This document shows positions 29,601 through 39,700 of a stretch of 64,000 nucleotides of DNA, piece after piece. The stretch is taken from assembly GCF_006345805.1 (NCBI RefSeq), contig NC_043014.1, positions 17,422,001 through 17,486,000 on the forward strand, read 5' to 3'. The notes below the pieces were generated by a model. It was not told where the DNA came from and ran no database searches. It was given only the letters and a program-made list of their open reading frames with translations. How positions within the stretch are numbered: position 1 is the first letter of the stretch; each line of letters opens with the position of its first letter. The stretch comes from Octopus sinensis (taxonomy: Eukaryota). Both the position numbers and the translations under genes were made by a program.

Positions 29601-31926
29601 CTGCTGAACAACGGGGACTCTTCAATACACAGTACGCTGCTGTTACTGCCAATGGGAAAGATTCCGAGTCTGCTGAACAACGGGGACTCTGCAATACACA
29701 GTACGCTGCTGTTACTGCCAAAGCAAATGGTTCCGAGTCTGCTGAACAACGGGCATTCCACAATACACAGTACGCTGCTGATACTGCCAATGGGAAAGAT
29801 TCCGAGTCTGCTGAACAACGGGGACTCTGCAATACACAGTACGCTGCTGTTACTGCCAATGGGAAAGATTCCGAGTCTGCTGAACAACGGGGACTCTGCA
29901 ATACACAGTACGCTGCTGTTACTGCCAATGGGAAAGATTCCGAGTCTGCTGAACAACGGGGACTCTGCAATACACAGTACGCTGCTGTTACTGCCAATGG
30001 GAAAGATTCCGAGTCTGCTGAACAACGGGGACTCTGCAATACACAGTACGCTGCTGTTACTGCCAAATCGAAAGATTCCGAGTCTGCTGAACAACGGGGA
30101 CTCTGCAATACACAGTACGCTGCTGTTACTGCCAATGGGAAAGATTCCGAGTCTGCTGAACAACGGGGACTCTGGAATACACAGTACGTTGCTGTTACTG
30201 CCAACTTCAAAGATTCCGAGTCTGCTGAACAACGGGACTCTGCAATACACAGTACGCTGCTGTTACTGCCAAAGCAAAAGATTCCGAGTCTGCTGAACAA
30301 CGGGGACTCTGCAATACACAGTACGCTGCTGTTACTGCCAACTTGAAAGATTCCGTGTCTGCTGAACAACGGGGACTCTGCAATACACAGTACGCTGCTG
30401 TTACTGACAATGGGAAAGATTCCGAGTCTGCTGAACAACGGGGACTCTGCAATACACAGGACGCTGCTGTTACTGCCAAAGGGAAAGATTCCGAGTCTGC
30501 TGAACAACGGGGACTCTGCAATACACAGTACGCTGCTGTTACTGCCAATGGGAAAGATTCCGAGTCTGCTGAACAACGGGGACTCTACAATACACAGTAC
30601 GCTGCTGTTACTGCCAATGGGAAAGATTCCGAGTCTGCTGAACAACGGGGACACTGCAATACACAGTACGCTGCTGTTACTGCCAATGGGAAAGATTCCG
30701 AGTCTGCTGAACAACGGGGACTCTGCAATACACAGTACGCTGCTGTTACTGCCAATGGGAAAGATTCCGAGTCTGCTGAACAACGGGGACCTGCAATACA
30801 CAGTACGCTGCTGTTACTGCCAAAGCAAAAGATTCCGAGTCTGCTGAACAACGGGGACTCTGCAATACACAGTACGCTGCTGTTACTGCCAAATTGAAAG
30901 ATTCCGAGGCTGCTAAAAACAACGGGGACACTGCAATACACAGTACGCTGCTGTTACTGCCAAGGCGAAAGATCCGAGTCTACTGAACAACGGGGACTCT
31001 GCAATACACAGTACGCTGCTGTTACTGCCAACTTAAAAGATTCCGAGTCTGCTGAACGACGGGGACTCTGCAATACACAGTACGCTGCTGTAACTGCCGA
31101 AGTGAAAGATTCCTAGTCTGCTGAACAACTTGGACTCTGCAATACACAGTACGCTGCTGTTACTGCCAAATTGAAAGATTCCGAGTCTTCTGAACAACGG
31201 CGACTCTGCAATACACAGTACGCTGCTGTTACTGCCAAAGCAAAAGATTCCGAGTCTGCTGAACAACAGGGACTCTACAATACACAGTACGCTACTATTA
31301 CTGCCAACTTGAAAGATTCCGAGTCTGCTGAACAACGGGGACTCTACAATACACAGTACGCTGCTGTTACTGCCAATGGGAAAGATTCCGAGTCTGCTGA
31401 ACAACGGGGACTCGACAATACAGAGTACACTGCTGTTACTGCCAACTTGAATGATTCCGAGTCTGCTGAACAACGGGGACTCTACAATACACAGTACGCT
31501 GCTGTTACTGCCAACTTGAAAGATTCCGAGTCTGCTGAACAACGGGGACTCTACAATACACCATACGCTGCTGTTACTGCAAAAGTAAAAGATTCCGAGC
31601 CTGCTGAACAATGGGGACTCTGCAATACACAGTACGCTGCTGTTACTGCCAAAGAGAAAGATTCCGAGTCTGCTGAACAACGGGGACTTTGCAATACACT
31701 GAACGCTGCTGTTACTGCCAATGCGAAAGATTCCGAGTCTGCTGAACAACGGCGACTCTGGAATATACAGTACGCTGCTGTTACTGCCAATGCGAAAGAT
31801 TCCGAGTCTGCTGAACAACGGGGACTCTGCAATACACAGTACGCTGCTGTTACTGCCAAATTGAAAGATTCCGAGTCTGCTGAACAACGGGGACTCCGCA
31901 ATACACAGTACGCTGCTGTTACTGCC

Positions 31927-32478
31927 ATAGCGATAGATTCCGACTGTGCTGAACAACGGGGACTCTGCAATACACAGTACGCTGCTGCTACTGCCATAGC
32001 GATAGATTCCGACTGTGCTGAACAACGGGGACTCTGCAATACACAGTACGCTGCTGTTACTGCCAAAGAGAAAGATTCCGAGTCTGCTGAACAACGGGGA
32101 CTCTGCAATACACAATACGCTGCTGCTACTGCCATAGCGATAGATTCCGACTGTGCTGAACAACGGGGACTCTGCAATACACAGTACGCTGCTGTTACTG
32201 CCAAAGAGAAAGATTCCGAGTCTGCTGAACAACGGGGACTCTGCAATACACAGTACGCTGCTGCTACTGCCATAGCGATAGATTCCGACTGTGCTGAACA
32301 ACGGGGACTCTGCAATACACAATACGCTGCTGCTACTGCCATAGCGATAGATTCCGACTGTGCTGAACAACGGGGACTCTGCAATACACAGTACGCTGCT
32401 GTTACTGCCAAAGAGAAAGATTCCGAGTCTGCTGAACAACGGGGACTCTGCAATACACTGAACGCTGCTGTTACTGCC
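31927..32478 (+). repeat. Local monomer subfamily cluster: five ATAGCG-ATAGATTCCGACTGTG monomers interleaved with three AAAGAG monomers
   Basis: Variant monomers start near 31927, 31996, 32134, 32272 and 32341; order I-I-E-I-E-I-I-E. Confidence 0.9.
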
Positions 32479-35400
32479 AAAGTGAAAGATTCCGAGTCTG
32501 CTGAACAACGGGGACTCTGCAATACACAGTAGGCTGCTGTTACTGCCAACTTGAAAGATTCCGAGTCTGCTGAACAACGGGGACTCTGCAATACACAGTA
32601 CGCTGCTGTTACTGCCAATGGGAAAGATTCCGAGTCTGCTGAACAACGGGGACTCTGCAATACACAGTACGCTGCTGTTACTGCCAAAGTGAAAGATTCC
32701 GAGGCTGCTAAAAACAACGGGGACACTGCATTACACAGTACGCTGCTGTTACTGCCAATGCGAAATATTCAGAGTCTACTGAACAACGGGGACTCTGCAA
32801 TACACAGTACGCTGCTGTTACTGCCAAATTGAAAGATTCCGAGGCTGCTAAAAACAACGGGGACACTGCATTACACAGTACGCTGCTGTTACTGCCAATG
32901 CGAAATATTCAGAGTCTACTGAACAACGGGGACTCTGCAATACACAGTACGCTGCTGTTACTGCCAATGAGAAAGATTCCGAGTCTGCTGAACAACGGGG
33001 ACTCTGCAATACACAGTACGCTGCTGTAACTGCCAAAGTGAAAGATTCCTAGTCTGCTGAACAACTTGGACACTACAATACACAGTACGCTGCTGTTACT
33101 GCCAAATTGAAATATTCCGAGTCTTCTGAACAACGGCGACTCTGCAATACACAGTACGCTGCTGTTACTGCCAAAGCAAAAGATTCCGAGTCTGCTGAAC
33201 AACGGGGACTCTGCAATACCCAGTACGCTGCTTTTACTCCCAAAGAGAAAGATTCCGAGACTGCTGAACAACGAGCATTCCACAATACACAGTACACAGC
33301 TGTTACTGCCAAAGCAAAAGATTCCGAGTCTGCTGAACAACGGGGACTCTGCAATACGCAGAACGCTGCTGTTACTGCCAAAGAGAAAGATTCCGAGTCT
33401 GCTGAACAACGGGGACTCTGCAATACACAGTACGCAGCTGTTACCGCCAACTTGAAAGATTCCGAGTCTGCTGAACAATGGGGACTCTGCAATACACAGT
33501 AAGCTGCTGTTACTGCCAAAGCAAATGGTTCCGAGTCTGCTGAACAACGAACATTCCACAATACACAGTACGCTGCTGTTACTGCCAATGGGAAAGATTC
33601 CGAGTCTGCTGAACAACGGGGACTCTGCAATACACAGTACGCTGCTGTTACTGCCAATGGGAAAGATTCCGAGTCTGCTGAACAACGGGGACTCTGCAAT
33701 ACACAGTACGCTGCTGTAACTGCCAATGGGAAAGATTCCGAGTCTGCTGAACAACGGGGACTCTACAATACACAGTACGCTGCTGTTACTGCCAATGGGA
33801 AAGATTCCGAGTCTGCTGAACAACGGGAACTCTGCAATACACAGTACGCTGATGTTACTGCCAATGGGAAAGATTCCGACTCTGCTGAACTACAGGGACT
33901 CTGCAATACACAGTACGCTGCTGTTACTGCCAATGGGAAAGATTCCGAGTCTGCTGAACAACGGGGACTCTGCAATACACAGTACGCTGCTGTTACTGCC
34001 AAAGCGAAAGATTCCGAGGCTGCTAAAAACAACGGGGACACTGCATTACACAGTACGCTGCTGTTACTGCCAATGCGAAAGATTCACAGTCTACTGAACA
34101 ACGGAGACTCTGCAATACACAGTACGCTGCTGTTACTGCCAATGAGAAAGATTCCGAGTCTGCTGAACAACGGGGACTCTGCAATACACAGTACGCTGCT
34201 GTAACTGCCAAAGTGAAAGATTCCTAGTCTGCTGAACAACTTGGACTCTGCAATACACAGTACGCTGCTGTTACTGCCAAATTGAAAGATTCCGAGTCTG
34301 CTGAACAACGGCGACTCTGCAATACACAGTACGCTGCTGTTAGTGCCAACTTGAAAGATTCCGAGTCTGCTGAACAACGGGGACTCTGCAATACACAGTA
34401 CACTGCTGTTACTGCCAAATTGAAATATTCCGAATCTGCTGAACAACGGCGACTCTGCAATACACAGTACGCTGCTGTTAGTGCCAACTTGAAAGATTCC
34501 GAGTCTGCTGAACAACGGGGACTCTGCAATACACAGTACGCTGCGGTTTCTGCCAAAGCAAAAGATTCCGAGTCTGCTGAACAACAGGGACTCTACAATA
34601 CACAGTACGCTACTGTTACTGCCAACTTGAAAGATTCCGAGTCTGCTGAACAACGGGGACTCTACAATACACAGTACGCTGCTGTTACTGCCAACTTGAA
34701 AGATTCCGAGTCTGCTGAACAACGGGGACTCTACAATACACAGTACGCTGCTGTTACTGCCAACTTGAAAGATTCCGAGTCTGCTGAACAACGGGGACTC
34801 TACAATACACAGTACGCTGCTGTTACTGCCAACTTGAAAGATTCCGTGTCTGCTGAACAACGGGGACTCTACATTACACAGTACGCTGCTGATACTGCCA
34901 AAGTAAAAGATTCCGAGGCTGCTGAACAACGGGGACTCTGCAATACACAGTACGCTGCTGTTACTCCCAAAGTGAAAGATTCCGAGTCTGCTGAACAACG
35001 GGGACTCTGCAATACACAGTACGCTGCTGTTACTGCCAAATTGAAAGATTCTGAGTCTGCTGAACAACGGCGACTCTGCAATACACAGTACGCTGCTGTT
35101 ACTGCCAAAGCAAAAGATTCCGAGTCTGCTGAACAACGGGGACTCTGCAATACACAGAACGCTGCTGTTACTGCCAAAGAGAAAGATTCCGAGTCTTCTG
35201 AACAACGGGGACTCTGCAATACACAGTAGGCAGCTGTTACCGCCAACTTGAAACATTCCGAGTCTGTTGAACAATGGGGACTGTGCAATACACAGTACGC
35301 TGCTGTTACTGCCACAGCAAATGGTTCCGAGTCTGCTGAACAACGGGCATTCCACAATACACAGTACGCTGCTGTTACTGCCAATGGGAAAGATTCCGAC

Positions 35401-36411
35401 TCTGCTGAACTACAGGGACTCTGCAATACACAGTACGCTGCTGTTACTGCCAATGGGAAAGATTCCGAGTCTGCTGAACAACGGGGACTCTGCAATACAC
35501 AGTACGCTGCTGTTACTACCAAAGGGAAAGATTCCGAGTCTGCTGAACAACGGGGACTCTACAATACACAGTACGCTGCTGTTACTACCAAAGGGAAAGA
35601 TTCTGAGTCTGCTGAACAACGGGGACTCTGCAATACACAGTACGCTGCTGTTACTGCCAAAGCGAAAGATTCCGAGCTGCTAAAACAACGGGGACACTGC
35701 ATTACACAGTACGCTGCTGTTACTGCCAATGCGAAAGATTCAGAGTCTACTGAACAACGGGGATTCTGCAATACACAGTACGCTGCTGTTACTGCCAATG
35801 AGAAATATTCCGAGTCTGCTGAACAACGGGGACTCTACAATACACAGTACGCTGCTGTTACTGCCAAAGTGAAATATTCCGAGTCTGCTGAACAACGGGG
35901 ACTCTACAATACACTGTACGCTGCTGTTACTGCCAAAGTGAAAGATTCCGAGTCTGCTGAACAACGGCGACTCTGCAATACACAGTACGCTGCTGTTACT
36001 GCCAAATTGAAAGATTCCGAGTCTTCTGAACAACGGCGACTCTGCAATACACAGTACGCTGCTGTTACTGCCAACTTGAAAGATTCCGAGTCTGCTGAAC
36101 AACGGCGACTCTGCAATACACAGTACGCTGCTGTTACTGCCAAATTGAAAGATTCCGAATCTGCTGAACAACGGCGACTCTGCAATACACAGTACGCTGC
36201 TGTTACTGCCAACTTGAAAGATTCCGAGTCTGCTGAACAACGGGGACTCTGCAATACACAGTACGCTGCTGTTACTGCCAAAGCAAAAGATTCCGAGTCT
36301 GCTGAACAACAGGGACTCTACAATACACAGTACGCTGCTGTTACTGCCAACTTGAAAGATTCCGAGTCTGCTGAACAACGGGGACTCTACAATACACAGT
36401 ACGCTGCTGTT

Positions 36412-36737
36412 CTTAAAGACTCCGCCGGTTACGACGACGAGGGTCCCAGCTGATACGATCAACGGAACAGCTTGCTCGTGAAATTAACGTGCAAATGGCT
36501 GAGCATTCCACAGACACGTGTACCCTTAACGTAGTTCTCGGGGATAATCAGCGTGACACAGAGAGTGACAAGGCTGACCCTTTGAAATACAAGTACAACT
36601 CATTTTTGCCAGCTGAGTGGACTGGAGCAACGTGAAATAAAGTGTCTTGCTCAAGGACACAACGCGTCGCCGGGAATCGAACTCACAACCTTACGATCAT
36701 GAGCCGAATGCCCTAACCACAAGCCACGCGCCCTCAC
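36412..36737 (-). mobile_element. tRNA-derived SINE, copy 3 (326 bp)
   Basis: Differs from copy 1 at three places seen: C vs A at the first base (+ strand), GGAGCAAC vs GGAACAAC, and a 1-nt deletion in the A box. TSD ACGCTGCTGTT at 36401-36411 and 36738-36748. Confidence 0.9.
36673..36726 (-). promoter_or_regulatory. RNA Pol III internal promoter of SINE copy 3, A box damaged (A box 36717-36726, B box 36673-36682)
   Basis: B box GTTCGATTCC intact. A box reads TGGCTTGTGG (1-nt deletion relative to copies 1 and 2), which could be real or a sequencing error. Confidence 0.7.
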
Positions 36738-39700
36738 ACGCTGCTGTTACTGCCAACTTGAAAGATTCCGAGTCTGCTGAACAACGGGGACTCTACAATA
36801 CACAGTACGCTGCTGTTACTGCCACTTGAAAGATTCCGAGGCTGCTTAACAACGGGGACTCTACAATACACAGTACGCTGCTGTTACTGCCAACTTGAAA
36901 GATTCCGAGTCTGCTGAACAACGGGGACTCTGCAATACACAGTACGCTGCTGATACTGCCAAAGTAAAAGATTCCGAGGCTGCTTAACAACGGGGACTCT
37001 ACAATACACAGTACGCTGCTGTTACTGCCAAATTGAAAGATTCCGAGTCTGCTGAACAACGGGGACTCTGCAATACACAGTACGCTGCTGTTACTGCCAA
37101 AGAAAGATTCCGAGTCTGCTGAACAACGGGGACTCTGCAATACACAGTACGCTGCTGTTACTGCCAATGGGAAAGATTCCGAGTCTGCTGAACAACGGGG
37201 ACTCACAATACACAGTACGCTGCTGTTACTGCCAAAGAAAGATTCCGAGTCTGCTGAACAACGGGGACTCTGCAATACACAGTACGCTGCTGTTACTGCC
37301 AATGGGAAAGATTCCGAGTCTGCTGAACAACGGGGACTCTGCAATACACAGTACGCTGCTGTTACTGCCAATGGGAAAGATTCCGAGTCTGCTGAACAAC
37401 GGGACTCTGCAATACACAGTACGCTGCTGTTACTGCCAATGGGAAAGATTCCGAGTCTGCTGAACAACGGGACTCTGCAATACACAGTACGCTGCTGTTA
37501 CTGCCAAAGCGAAAGATTCCGAGTCTGCTGAACAACGGGGACTCTGCAATACACAGTACGCTGCTGTTACTGCCAATGCGAAAGATTCCGAGTCTGCTGA
37601 ACAACGGGGACTCTGCAATACACAGTACGCTGCTGTTACTGCCAATGGGAAAGATTCCGAGTCTGCTGAACAACGGGGACTCTGCAATACACAGTACGCT
37701 GCTGTTACTGCCAACTTGAAAGATTCCGAGTCTGCTGAACAACGGGGACTCTGCAATACACAGTACGCTGCTGTTACTGCCAATGGGAAAGATTCCGAGT
37801 CTGCTGAACAACGGGGACTCTGCAATACACAGTACGCTGCTGTTACTGCCAACTTGAAAGATTCCGAGTCTGCTGAACAACGGGGACTCTGCAATACACA
37901 GTACGCTGCTGTTACTGCCAAAGCAAAAGATTCCGAGTCTGCTGAACAACGGGGACTCTGCAATACACAGTACGCTGCTGTTACTGCCAATGGGAAAGAT
38001 TCCGAGTCTGCTGAACAACGGGGACTCTGCAATACACAGTACGCTGCTGTTACTGCCAATGGGAAAGATTCCGAGTCTGCTGAACAACGGGGACTCTGCA
38101 ATACACAGTACGCTGCTGTTACTGCCAAGAAAGATTCCGAGTCTGCTGAACAACGGGGACTCTGCAATACACAGTACGCTGCTGTTACTGCCAATTGAAA
38201 GATTCCGAGTCTGCTGAACAACGGGGACTCTGCAATACACAGTACGCTGCTGTTACTGCCAAAGTGAAAGATTCCGAGTCTGCTGAACAACGGGGACTCT
38301 GCAATACACAGTACGCTGCTGTTACTGCCAAATGGAAAGATTCCGAGTCTGCTGAACAACGGCGACTCTGCAATACACAGTACGCTGCTGTTACTGCCAA
38401 CTTGAAAGATTCCGAGTCTGCTGAACAACGGGGACTCTGCAATACACAGTACGCTGCTGTTACTGCCAACTTGAAAGATTCCGAGTCTGCTGAACAACGG
38501 GGACTCTGCAATACACAGTACGCTGCTGTTACTGCCAACTTGAAAGATTCCGAGTCTGCTGAACAACGGGGACTCTGCAATACACAGTACGCTGCTGTTA
38601 CTGCCAACTTGAAAGATTCCGAGTCTGCTGAACAACGGGGACTCTACAATACACAGTACGCTGCTGTTACTGCCAAAATAAAGATTCCGAGTCTGCTGAA
38701 CAACGGGGACTCTACAATACACAGTTCGCTGCTGTTACTGCCAATGGGAAAGATTCCGAGTCTGCTGAACAACGGGGACTCTGCAATACACAGTACGCTG
38801 CTGTTACTGCCAAATTGAAAGATTCCGAGTCTGCTGAACAGCGGGGACTCTGCAATACACAGTACGCTGCTGTTACTGCCAAAGCAAAAGTTTCCGAGTC
38901 TGCTGAACAACGGGGACTCTGCAATACAAAGTACGCTGCTGTTACTGCCAAAGAGAAAGATTCCGAGTCTGCTGAACAACCGGGACTCTACAATACACAG
39001 TACGCTGCTGTTACTGCCATAGCGAAAGATTCCGAGTCTGCTGAACAACGGGGACTCTGCAATACACAGTACGCTGCTGTTACTGCCAAGAGAAAGATTC
39101 CGAGTCTGCTGAACAACGGGGACTCTGCAATACACAGTACGCTGCTGTTACTGCCAATTGAAAGATTCCGAGTCTGCTGAACAACGGGGACTCTGCAATA
39201 CACAGTACGCTGCTGTTACTGCCAAAGCAAAGATTCCGAGTCTGCTGAACAACGGGGACTCTGCAATACACAGTACGCTGCTGTTACTGCCAATGGAAAG
39301 ATTCCGAGTCTGCTGAACAACGGGGACTCTGCAATACACAGTACGCTGCTGTTACTGCCAATGGGAAAGATTCCGAGTCTGCTGAACAACGGGGACTCTG
39401 CAATACACAGTACGCTGCTGTTACTGCCAATGGGAAAGATTCCGAGTCTGCTGAACAACGGGACTCTGCAATACACAGTACGCTGCTGTTACTGCCAATG
39501 GGAAAGATTCCGAGTCTGCTGAACAACGGGGACTCTGCAATACACAGTACGCTGCTGTTACTGCCAATGGGAAAGATTCCGAGTCTGCTGAACAACGGGG
39601 ACTCTGCAATACACAGTACGCTGCTGTTACTGCCAATGGGAAAGATTCCGAGTCTGCTGAACAACGGGGACTCTGCAATACACAGTACGCTGCTGTTACT

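Noticed and set aside
22280-36737. Three independent, target-specific SINE insertions
   Set aside because: Identical TSD, orientation and diagnostic flanking monomers, with only 1-3 differences between copies, are better explained by one insertion copied with the array.
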